From Verrucomicrobiota bacterium (lineage in GTDB: Bacteria > Verrucomicrobiota > Verrucomicrobiia > Chthoniobacterales > UBA10450): a stretch of 40,670 nt of DNA. Below, in pieces: positions 28,310-36,315 of this stretch (position 1 is its first letter; each line of letters starts with the position of its first letter). The position numbers were made by a program, and so were the translations under genes. Location of the stretch: positions 1-40,670 of the forward strand of contig JBKPBJ010000029.1 of the NCBI GenBank assembly GCA_046726875.1, read 5' to 3'. The notes below the pieces were generated by a model. The model did no database searches, was not told the origin of the DNA, and was given only the letters and a program-made list of their open reading frames with translations.

Positions 28310-30021
28310 CGCTTGCGTTTTGCGGCGGGAGCAACTTTTTCGAGCGTCGGCATGGGTTGTCGTTTGTTCTGATAAAATTGCAGGATGCTGAAAAGATTTT
28401 GCGCGGTGTAATACAATGCCAGAGCCGCCGCAAAATTGTAGCAGAAAAATAGAAAGATCAGCGGCGTAAACATCATTATGCGGCGTTGCGTGGGGTCGCC
28501 CGTCTTCGGTGTCATTGCCATGAGCCAGACCTGCGTAGCCGCCATGAGCAGCGGGATGATGTTGATTGGCCAACCGAGCACGGGCAGATGCGCCACGGTA
28601 TCGGGTTGGGACAGGTCGTGTACCCAGAGGAACCGTGCGTTTCGCAATTCAACCGCCTGCGCGAGCATCTGGTAAAGCCCAAAGAAAATCGGGATCTGAA
28701 TGGCCATGGGCAAACAACCGCCTACGGGATTAATGCCATACTGCTTGTAAAGCTTCATCACCTCCTGGTTCATCCGGGTGGGATCGTCTTTGTATTTCTC
28801 GCGCAGCTCCTGCATCTTCGGCCCAAGCAGCGCTGTCTTGCGCATTGTTTGATTCGCTTTGCTTTGGAGTGGCCAGAGCACGAGGCGTACGACAACTGTC
28901 AGTACGAGAATGGCGACGCCGTAATCTTTGACGAAACCATGAATTGTGTTGAGAAAGTTGAGCAGGAATTGGCTGACGATTTTAAACACGCCGAAGTTCA
29001 TGATCTCCGCTTCGTTGTGCTCGAGTTGAGCCAGCCGATGATAGATTTTTGGTCCCGCCCAGATCTGGAAGCGCGCGGTGTAAGTTTCGCCCGGCTGCAA
29101 GTCAGGCCTGTGCATGCACATCGCGCCTTCAATGCCGATCATGTTTTGCTCAGCGGAGACGTCAAACGAACGGCCCCAAATGCCGGTAGCTTTCGCATTC
29201 AGCGGCGCGATGATCGTGGCGAAAAACTGGTCCGTCACAGCTGTCCATTCTGCTCCGGCAAAATTCTCCTGGAAAACCGGCTGCGCCGGATGCGCACCGA
29301 AACCGAGAAAACCGCCGCTACCTTGAAATGCACTCACGTTCCTGTCTCTGGCTTTCCCATTAATGCACCAAACCAACCGGGTGTAGTAGGGATAGTCCCG
29401 CGGATGAATCGGCGCCGCCGAACCGAGCGCGACGAAGTAGTCACCCTTTTTGTACGGGTGTGCACGCGTGTTCTGGACGTCCAGGTTCAACTCGAGAAGA
29501 AAATTGTCTTTCTTCTGACTCGACTGCAGCAACGAAAACTTCTCCCGAATCGTGATTCCGTCAGGCGTCGTGCGCTCGCACCGAACGCTGCTGTCGGACT
29601 CGCGCAATAACGTAAATTCCGAAAGTGGCTTTGCGGGGTCATCAACCATCGCGCCGATAGGCATGTGCTTCGGGGAATTTAAGGTCACGCGCTTAGCGTC
29701 TTCAGCGATGTGATTGAGCATAACCGCCTCGGCGATGCCGCCCCCGCGATTCGTGAAGCGCAATTCGACATCTGAATTGCGCAGCGTTTCGATCTTTTCC
29801 GCGAACGTCGGAACTGACTCAGCGCCCTCTGACGCAGCTTCCGGTGTGGCAAGCGGAGAGGGCGAAGGCGCGAGGATCGCAGGCGTTGCCGTTGGCGAAA
29901 TTTGCCCGGGCGACGCAGTGACGGGAGCCGGCCTGGGCGCCATTTGCTTTGCCAGATAAATTTCCCACACCACGAGCCCGACCACGCAAAGAGCGACTAC
30001 AATCCACGCAGTTCGATCCAT
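28306..30021 (-). CDS. yidC: membrane protein insertase YidC (long periplasmic-domain type)
   Basis: N-terminal TM, a periplasmic domain of about 300 aa and the conserved C-terminal core (GCLPMAIQIPIFFGLYQML...); 571 aa. Confidence 0.9.
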   Translation of the reverse strand: MDRTAWIVVALCVVGLVVWEIYLAKQMAPRPAPVTASPGQISPTATPAILAPSPSPLATPEAASEGAESVPTFAEKIETLRNSDVELRFTNRGGGIAEAVMLNHIAEDAKRVTLNSPKHMPIGAMVDDPAKPLSEFTLLRESDSSVRCERTTPDGITIREKFSLLQSSQKKDNFLLELNLDVQNTRAHPYKKGDYFVALGSAAPIHPRDYPYYTRLVWCINGKARDRNVSAFQGSGGFLGFGAHPAQPVFQENFAGAEWTAVTDQFFATIIAPLNAKATGIWGRSFDVSAEQNMIGIEGAMCMHRPDLQPGETYTARFQIWAGPKIYHRLAQLEHNEAEIMNFGVFKIVSQFLLNFLNTIHGFVKDYGVAILVLTVVVRLVLWPLQSKANQTMRKTALLGPKMQELREKYKDDPTRMNQEVMKLYKQYGINPVGGCLPMAIQIPIFFGLYQMLAQAVELRNARFLWVHDLSQPDTVAHLPVLGWPINIIPLLMAATQVWLMAMTPKTGDPTQRRIMMFTPLIFLFFCYNFAAALALYYTAQNLFSILQFYQNKRQPMPTLEKVAPAAKRKR

Positions 30022-30039
30022 AAATTCGGTTTTGCACGA

Positions 30040-30312
30040 TCAGACGCAGCGACGGATCTCATTCTGAGATCCGCCCACCCAGCGCGGAGGCACCGGGTCG
30101 TACCCACATCCACCCCACGGTTGGCAGCGAGCCAGGCGCTTCAATCCCAGCCAGCTCCCGTGCCGAACTCCATGCGTCTCCACCGCTTCCAGAAAATATC
30201 TCGAACAGGTCGGGGTAAATCGGCAGCCGCAGTCAGGACCGCAAAGCAGACGAAATAGCGGCGAAAGCGTGCACTGATAGAGGCGAATAATAAAACGAAC
30301 CAGTCCGAGCAT
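30040..30312 (-). CDS. yidD: membrane protein insertion efficiency factor YidD
   Basis: [12 protein letters not shown]...[19 protein letters not shown]...[14 protein letters not shown]. The Met at 30312 overlaps the rnpA stop by 1 nt (TGATG). Confidence 0.85.
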   Translation of the reverse strand: MLGLVRFIIRLYQCTLSPLFRLLCGPDCGCRFTPTCSRYFLEAVETHGVRHGSWLGLKRLARCQPWGGCGYDPVPPRWVGGSQNEIRRCV

Positions 30313-30674
30313 CAGAGCAGAATAGAAGCGCGCCTTGCGAGGCGCAACCATTCATCTTCCAACGCGCCATAGCTCGTGGTCGCGGCCTCGTTTCTGGCAA
30401 CAATTACGAACCAAAAGCCTTTTCTCAGTTCGTGCTGGTGCCGGCGAACAATTTCTCGCAAACGACGCCGAACGCGATTGCGAACGACCGCACCGCCGAG
30501 CCGGCGTGAAGTAATGAATCCTGCCCGCCAGGGACCGGAATTCTCCACCGGCATCACATTTAATATCAGGAGTTTGCCGCGTCGTGTGACGCCGTCCCGT
30601 CTCAAACGCTCGTATTCTGAGGAGTCCGTCAGGCGACGCGCCTTCGGGAATGAGAATGAACCTGCGTTCGGCAT
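30312..30674 (-). CDS. rnpA: ribonuclease P protein component
   Basis: [18 protein letters not shown] start region and the basic [13 protein letters not shown] motif. Start taken at Met 30674; the ORF extends to 30740. Confidence 0.8.
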   Translation of the reverse strand: MPNAGSFSFPKARRLTDSSEYERLRRDGVTRRGKLLILNVMPVENSGPWRAGFITSRRLGGAVVRNRVRRRLREIVRRHQHELRKGFWFVIVARNEAATTSYGALEDEWLRLARRASILL

Positions 30675-30745
30675 GTGGGCTGCCAAGAATTTGTATCCCG
30701 GAACGAGTTGCTCAAGAGGCGGCCGCGACTGCGAATGCACGACGT

Positions 30746-30822
30746 CAGTACAAAAGAAATCTTCCCCCGGAATCCAGCGGAAGATTTCTCGAGAAAAAGA
30801 AACCGGGCGATTTATTGCCCGG
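30746..30822 (-). terminator. tandem intrinsic terminators after the lipoprotein gene
   Basis: Read on the minus strand: CCGGGC-aataaatc-GCCCGG followed by TTTCTTTTT (30822..30792), then GAAATCTTCC-13 nt loop-GGAAGATTTC followed by TTTTGT (30788..30746). Confidence 0.6.
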
Positions 30823-31030
30823 GCGACTCAGCAGGTGTTTCCGTTGTGCCTGCCGGCGATTCCATTGTCGCAGCAGCAGGAGCTTCCGTGGCAGCCGGAC
30901 TGGTCATTTCAGTCGCCGCGGGCGGCGGGGTCGTAGGAGTTGGAGTTGTCGCAGGAGTGACAGTTTCAGTTTTTTGCTCGCACGCCGCGAGAAGCGCGGC
31001 ACCGGCCAGGATGCAGATGTATTTCTTCAT
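30812..31030 (-). CDS. small Thr/Pro/Ala-rich lipoprotein
   Basis: MKKYICILAGAALLAAC lipobox followed by a low-complexity TPATTPTPTTPPPAATE... region; 72 aa; followed by terminators. Confidence 0.6.
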   Translation of the reverse strand: MKKYICILAGAALLAACEQKTETVTPATTPTPTTPPPAATEMTSPAATEAPAAATMESPAGTTETPAESPGQ

Positions 31031-31129
31031 AATTGGAGTCGCATATTGCTTTAATTGATCGATCGCAGCAAGCGCAGTTTTTGGACCGCGCAGAATGTTC
31101 CTTGAAACACAAATACCTCGCGACGAGCA

Positions 31130-32227
31130 CTAAAACGGCGGGTCCCATTTCAAGCCATGCGCCTCGGCTACGGCCTTGCAAGTCAGCCGGCCATCGAGCG
31201 TGTTGATCCCGCCAATCAGCGCCGGCTGCTTTTTGCACGCGTCCTCGAGACCGAAATCCGCCAGTAGCTCCACGTAACGATAGGTAACGTTTGTAAGCGC
31301 TTGCGTCGCCGTACGCGCGTATGCTGCGGGCATGTTGGCTACACAATAATGGGTCACACCTTCTTCGACGTAAACCGGATCGTGATGCGTCGTTGGTCGC
31401 GAAGTTTCGGCGCAACCACCCTGATCGATAGAAATATCTACGAGCACACTGCCGCGTTTCATCTTTCGCAACATTGCACGTGTGATCAGCTTCGGCGCTT
31501 TGGCTCCCGGCAAAAGCACCGCGCCGATGAGCAAATCGCAGTCGGGCATTAATTCGTCCAAATTCGCTTCATTCGAATAAAGCGTGTGCAGGTTTTCTAT
31601 CGCCACATCCAGGAATCGTAGCCGCTCGACATCGATGTCGAGAATTGTGACATCGGCGCCGAGACCTTTGGCCATGCGCAAGGCGTTCACGCCCGAAGTT
31701 CCGCCGCCAACGATGACTACCCGGCCGGGCAAAACTCCCGGAACGCCCCCCAGCAAAACCCCGCTGCCTCCATTGTATTTGGCCAAAAAATTGGCGCCCA
31801 TCACCACTGACATGCGACCAGCAATTTCGCTCATGGGTTCCAGCAGCGGCAAACGATGGTCCACCTGGATCGTCTCGTACGCCACCCCAGTCACGCCCGA
31901 TTTCAGCATCGACTCAGTGAGAGGTTTGCTCGCGGCCAGATGCAGATACGTGAAAAGGATTTGGCCTCTGGATAATAACGGGAACTCTGCTTTGAGAGGT
32001 TCCTTGACTTTCACGATCATGTCAGCGCGCGCGAAAACTTCCTTCGGCTGCTCCACAATTTCCGCGCCAGCTTTAACGTATTCCTGGTCGGGATAGCCGG
32101 AACCGATCCCCGCATTCGTTTCCACCAAAACGGAGTGACCACGCCTGGTGAGTTGGTTCGTGCCGGACGGAAGCAAGGCAACGCGCTGCTCTTGTTCCTT
32201 AATCTCCTTTGGGACACCGATGATCAT
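31130..32227 (-). CDS. ald: alanine dehydrogenase
   Basis: MIIGVPKEIKEQEQRVALLPSG N-terminus and Rossmann VVIVGGGTSGVNA; 365 aa. Confidence 0.9.
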   Translation of the reverse strand: MIIGVPKEIKEQEQRVALLPSGTNQLTRRGHSVLVETNAGIGSGYPDQEYVKAGAEIVEQPKEVFARADMIVKVKEPLKAEFPLLSRGQILFTYLHLAASKPLTESMLKSGVTGVAYETIQVDHRLPLLEPMSEIAGRMSVVMGANFLAKYNGGSGVLLGGVPGVLPGRVVIVGGGTSGVNALRMAKGLGADVTILDIDVERLRFLDVAIENLHTLYSNEANLDELMPDCDLLIGAVLLPGAKAPKLITRAMLRKMKRGSVLVDISIDQGGCAETSRPTTHHDPVYVEEGVTHYCVANMPAAYARTATQALTNVTYRYVELLADFGLEDACKKQPALIGGINTLDGRLTCKAVAEAHGLKWDPPF

Positions 32228-32262
32228 CGTGCGAAGTGACAGTGATTAGTGAGAAGTGAGAC
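32228..32262. repeat. 7-nt tandem repeat array abutting the ald start codon
   Basis: Read on the minus strand: GGTCTCA CTTCTCA CTAATCA CTGTCAC TTCGCAC G-ATG. Confidence 0.7.
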
Positions 32263-32304
32263 CTGGAATCAAGCTAAATTACTTCGGACGGCTCACTTCT
32301 TAAA

Positions 32305-32871
32305 TCAGTTCAGCGAAGGATCATCTGGAGCCGCGGCGAGCATTTTATACCACGGCCCCAGCGTTCGCATAATGTCGAACCACAGATTTGACAGGCGATC
32401 AAGTTTCAGCAGCGACGGATTGGCTTTCTGCACAACCCAAGCCTTTTGCTTCACCTCGATTTCGAGCTGGCCCGCTCCCCAGCCTGCGTAGCCCACAAAA
32501 GCGCAAACCGTAAGCAAATTTTTATGGCCGTGTGCATCAGTCGCTTCGTTCAAGGCGATGTTGTGATTGAGTTTCAGCCCTGCGCCCTTCTGCCATTCAA
32601 ATGCCGCGAACATCAGCTGGTTTTTCCCAACTGGACCGCCCAAAAACACCGGCACATCGGCCAGCCCCGCCGGCGGCGTACCGGCAACCAGTTCGGCCAC
32701 TGGTCGGTCAAGCGGGCGATTGATGATCACGCCCAGCGCGCCCTCGTTAGGCTCATGCTCGGAAACGAACAGCACCGTGCGCCGAAAGTTTGGGTCGACC
32801 ATATTTGGATGGGCGACCAGCAATGAACCGGCGAAATTGCGCGACGCCCGTTCATCGCCCAAATCACGCAT
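32305..32871 (-). CDS. YqgE/AlgH family protein (UPF0301)
   Basis: GSLLVAHPNMVDPNFRRTVLFVSEHEPNEGALGVIINRP motif; 188 aa. Confidence 0.85.
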   Translation of the reverse strand: MRDLGDERASRNFAGSLLVAHPNMVDPNFRRTVLFVSEHEPNEGALGVIINRPLDRPVAELVAGTPPAGLADVPVFLGGPVGKNQLMFAAFEWQKGAGLKLNHNIALNEATDAHGHKNLLTVCAFVGYAGWGAGQLEIEVKQKAWVVQKANPSLLKLDRLSNLWFDIMRTLGPWYKMLAAAPDDPSLN

Positions 32872-33078
32872 CCAAAACTAGAGACCGCGACGGGCGCTTG
32901 TGCAACCTCTCGATCGCGCTCGCACACGACGTATTTTTTCACTCGGTCGTGCCGTGATCTTACTTTCGAGCTCGCGACGGGAGAACCGCGCGAAAATTTT
33001 GTGCAAATTTTTGTTGCCAGCGGGCGAAACCTCGCTTAGAGCCTTGGAAGTTTTCTACGATTGTTCTGGGGGGAACAG

Positions 33079-33119
33079 CCGCCCTTCACGCCTATCGGGC
33101 GTGGGGGGCGGTATTTTTT
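33079..33119 (+). terminator. strong orphan intrinsic terminator
   Basis: CCGCCCTTCACGCC (33079-33092), loop tatcg, GGCGTGGGGGGCGG (33098-33111). This is a 14-bp stem (2 G-U pairs) followed by TATTTTTTG. No plus-strand gene lies upstream of it. Confidence 0.6.
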
Positions 33120-33181
33120 GGCGCCAAAACGTTCGCCGCTTTCTTCTTGCTCGTGATCTTGCTCTTGCTCGATTGCGTCAG

Positions 33182-33230
33182 AACAGAAACGCTCAACGCC
33201 GAACGTCGAACGTCCAATGTCAAAATCAGC
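33182..33230. repeat. 7-nt tandem repeat array running through a start codon
   Basis: AACAGAA ACGCTCA ACGCCGA ACGTCGA ACGTCCA ATGTCAA AATCAGC. The ATG of the sixth unit (33217) is the start of the DUF4230-like ORF. Confidence 0.75.
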
Positions 33231-33897
33231 AAACCCATATCGCGTCGCGTGGCCGATCACGTTGGCGGTTGTAGCGCTAATCATTGCAACGACGATCCTC
33301 GTCATCGTCTTGCGTTTGGAGAGTTGGCCGACGCGCACAGCGCGGCAAAGCACGGCTGAGCTGGAGAGGCTTGGCAAAAATCTGCGCGCAGCGTTCATCG
33401 ACATCGCGCATTTGCAGCCACGGATCACGATCAATGATCGCGTTTACATGGAACAGACGACGCCAGTAAGCGAGCTGGTCGTCTTGTCACGCCGCATCGA
33501 GGTCGAACACGAATTGCTCCACACGTGGGTGGGCAGCTCCAAACGCGTGAAACTGCATGGCACCTTTATCGCCAAAGCCGGGTTCGATCTGCGGAAGGGC
33601 CTTTCGATTAATATTCGTCCTGAGGAAATCATCGTGCAGTTGCCGCACGCTCAGATTCTGGGTGTTGAGCAGCAACAAGTGGACGTGCTCGCGTTTGAAA
33701 ACGGGTTGTGGAATCGAATTTCCGGGCAGGATGTTCAGAGCGAATTGACAGTCCTGCCTGAGTTGGCTTGGAAGAGGGCAGCAGAAAGCGAGCTGCCCCC
33801 TGAAGCGGAGGAAACTTTGCAGCAGCAACTCGAACAACGAATTCACACAGCGCAGCCGCTGCGTTTGGTCTTCAAAGACGAGAAGAAAGGTGAATAG
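33217..33897 (+). CDS. membrane-anchored protein, DUF4230-like
   Basis: N-terminal TM (ITLAVVALIIATTILVIVL); later AKAGFDL and VQLPHAQILGVE motifs recall DUF4230. Recollection only. Confidence 0.55.
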   Translation: MSKSANPYRVAWPITLAVVALIIATTILVIVLRLESWPTRTARQSTAELERLGKNLRAAFIDIAHLQPRITINDRVYMEQTTPVSELVVLSRRIEVEHELLHTWVGSSKRVKLHGTFIAKAGFDLRKGLSINIRPEEIIVQLPHAQILGVEQQQVDVLAFENGLWNRISGQDVQSELTVLPELAWKRAAESELPPEAEETLQQQLEQRIHTAQPLRLVFKDEKKGE

Positions 33898-33949
33898 TGA
33901 TCCCGTATCTGTGAAATATGAACAGTATCTAAGCGAGAAACCCACTTGT

Positions 33950-33984
33950 GATTGCCGATTGCCGATCACCGGTCACTGATCACC
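33950..33984. repeat. 7-nt tandem repeat array upstream of the 34004 ORF
   Basis: GATTGCC GATTGCC GATCACC GGTCACT GATCACC, ending 19 nt before the ATG at 34004. Confidence 0.7.
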
Positions 33985-34003
33985 TCCTCTTTGTCTCACC
34001 CCG

Positions 34004-36310
34004 ATGCCGCTTAAGAATAGAACCTTTCTCATTATTCTGGTGATCGCCGTCGTGGCGCTCTCCGCTATCCTGCTTGCACCAATTGCAGTTTCCAATGGGG
34101 TTCGCCTCTGGGTGTGGTGGTTCGCCCGCCGGGAGGGCTTCGTCGCCACCATCGACGGAGTCGAGGCGCCTTTTCTGCGCCCCATTGTCATTCGTCAGCT
34201 TCACCTGAAAAGCCTCCGTGACGACGCGGTTCGCGTCGATGTGACTGTGATTGACGCGCGAGTTGTTTTGAATCTAAAGCACATCTTTCTGCACCTGAGT
34301 GGTCGCGACATTCGAAATATTTCCATTCGAGAATTCCACACCGAGCTGCGCCGCAAAAAGTCAAATGTGCGAGCACTAAGCGAACGTGGCTGGGGAACGC
34401 TGCATCGGTTGCTCCCGGAAACCTTAAGTATCGCCAAGCTGGAGACGCGGGTCGAGAACGGGCCGAGTTTGATCTTGCTGCGAAACGCATCGCTATCTGC
34501 AAGCGAGACAGAACCCGGCCGGTTCAGCGCCGCCGAGCTCATGATTACCTCACCGTGGGTGCGCCAGACTTTTTCGCAGTTGCGCGGCGCAACTCACTGG
34601 GAACGTAATCGCTTAACGCTCGCGGGATTGACTTTGACACACGGTCTCGACTTGCAGGCTGCCACCGTGGACCTAGCGCGTCTGGGAAACCAGCGAATGG
34701 GATTGCAATTCGACGTCGATGCCTTCGGCGGCAAACTCCGAGCGAACATTTCGCATGAGTGGCACTCGCGCTATTCTAACTGGAAGATTGCAGGTGGCGC
34801 CGCTGATCTTTCGCTGGCTCAAATTTCAGATGCGCTTGGTTTCGCCGACCGCGTCAACGGTTTGCTCCACGCCGGCAACTTCACGTTTCGCGGCAACCTA
34901 GCCGAACCGGACCGTGCAACCGCGTCGCTGTGGTGTGAATTGACCGGACTCACCTGGCGCGAACGCACAGCAGAAGCGCTCATGCTCGGCGCGGCACTTT
35001 ACAACCGTAAGATTGAGGTGCAGCAACTCTACATCAGGCAAAAAAGCAACCAGTTCACGTTGAACGGTGAAGCTGCGTTGCCCGCAAACTCGGCCGAGTG
35101 GCTCAGGCCGGATTTTCGCGGAAATATTTCGGCATCGATTAATCAGCTCGGCGAATTCCTTGCTCTTTTCGGTGCAGACCCAACTGATTTCGCAGGAAAA
35201 ATAAGCATCCAGGGATCGATGGATACCCACGGCCGCAACTTCGGCGGCAACCTGGCGATCGAGGGCGCCTGGCTGACGTTTTTTAAACACGACATCGACA
35301 GTTTCACTGCGAAAGTGAATTTGAAACCGAACGAACTGGACATCGAACAATTCGATTTGGCTCGAAAAAACGATTCTCTCTCCGGTGAGGGCAAGATTGA
35401 TCTCTCTCCGGAGCACAACTATTCAGGGAAACTTGACGCCTGGACGGACGATCTCCGCGATTACGTTTCGACCGTTCGCGGATCACCAGGACAAAACGCA
35501 GGCCAGGTTCCGATAGAACTTCATGCAACTATCGATTCGAATCAGTGGGATACGCGCGGCTTGATTCACTTGCCCAAATCGAGTCCAATCAGTTTCACCG
35601 CGAATTTTCCGCTGCCCATCGGGATCACTTGGAGCGCGTTTCAAATCTCGCCTATCAAGGTTTCGCTGGATTTCCCAGCACTTTTTCTGGCGGCCGCACC
35701 TCGGTTTTTCCATTCAACTATTCTGGAAGACGGCATTTTGAGCGGAAAAATCTCTCTCTCCGAAACGTTGGAGCATCCGCACATCGTCGGTGAAGTGCAG
35801 CTCCTAAACGGAAAACTGGCCGGCAGCGACTCTTTCTTCAACGTCATTGGAGCCAGCACTCTGGCCGTTTTTGATGGCAATCACGCTTCTCTGGAGTTTC
35901 TGAATCTCGGAACCAAAGATGTAGACCTTGCGCTTCGCGGAGAAATTGATTTTAAAAATACGAAACAGATCGTGCTCAGAATCGCCGGAACGACACCGAT
36001 GTTCGATCTCATGTCGCGCCCCGTCGACTGCGTGAACAAAATCGAAATCGCGCCGGCGACCCTGCCACTTGCTCCTGCCGCGACGGAGCTGGAGTTTCGC
36101 GGCCCTCTTCTTCAATCCGGCTGGAGCGTCGGTTTGAAAGAAGAAATCGGTAGCCAGTTTTCCGTTTTTTCGACACCGAACGGCGCCGAGCGCACATTTC
36201 CCATTTGCTTTGGAACAGGCCCGGAGGAAAAAACATTGTTACTCGGCGCCATCCCGCGTGCTGAAGTTGCCCCCCAAGCAGCTCCAAAAAAAAGAGAGAA
36301 GCGGCGATAG
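34004..36310 (+). CDS. large N-terminally anchored envelope protein (AsmA/TamB-like, tentative)
   Basis: 768-aa ORF with a single N-terminal TM (FLIILVIAVVALSAILLAPIAV) followed by a long beta-rich region. The family call is inferred from architecture only. Confidence 0.6.
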   Translation: MPLKNRTFLIILVIAVVALSAILLAPIAVSNGVRLWVWWFARREGFVATIDGVEAPFLRPIVIRQLHLKSLRDDAVRVDVTVIDARVVLNLKHIFLHLSGRDIRNISIREFHTELRRKKSNVRALSERGWGTLHRLLPETLSIAKLETRVENGPSLILLRNASLSASETEPGRFSAAELMITSPWVRQTFSQLRGATHWERNRLTLAGLTLTHGLDLQAATVDLARLGNQRMGLQFDVDAFGGKLRANISHEWHSRYSNWKIAGGAADLSLAQISDALGFADRVNGLLHAGNFTFRGNLAEPDRATASLWCELTGLTWRERTAEALMLGAALYNRKIEVQQLYIRQKSNQFTLNGEAALPANSAEWLRPDFRGNISASINQLGEFLALFGADPTDFAGKISIQGSMDTHGRNFGGNLAIEGAWLTFFKHDIDSFTAKVNLKPNELDIEQFDLARKNDSLSGEGKIDLSPEHNYSGKLDAWTDDLRDYVSTVRGSPGQNAGQVPIELHATIDSNQWDTRGLIHLPKSSPISFTANFPLPIGITWSAFQISPIKVSLDFPALFLAAAPRFFHSTILEDGILSGKISLSETLEHPHIVGEVQLLNGKLAGSDSFFNVIGASTLAVFDGNHASLEFLNLGTKDVDLALRGEIDFKNTKQIVLRIAGTTPMFDLMSRPVDCVNKIEIAPATLPLAPAATELEFRGPLLQSGWSVGLKEEIGSQFSVFSTPNGAERTFPICFGTGPEEKTLLLGAIPRAEVAPQAAPKKREKRR

Positions 36311-36315
36311 CTCAG

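Noticed and set aside
28310-28573. N-terminal extension of the jag ORF (245 aa version)
   Set aside because: The extension overlaps the conserved C-terminus of yidC. The ATG at 28309 gives the usual ATGA coupling and a normal Jag N-terminus.
28486-29610. 374-aa plus-strand ORF
   Set aside because: It lies entirely antisense to yidC, whose product has the full conserved insertase sequence. It is a shadow ORF typical of GC-rich coding DNA.
30675-30811. rpmH (ribosomal protein L34) upstream of rnpA
   Set aside because: I translated the minus strand of this interval and found no MKRTYQP-like frame. The space is occupied by two terminator hairpins.
30650-31058. Plus-strand ORFs of 127-186 aa across the rnpA upstream and lipoprotein region
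   Set aside because: They are antisense to rnpA and to the lipobox-bearing ORF, read through two terminator hairpins, and are Arg/Gly-rich with no motifs.
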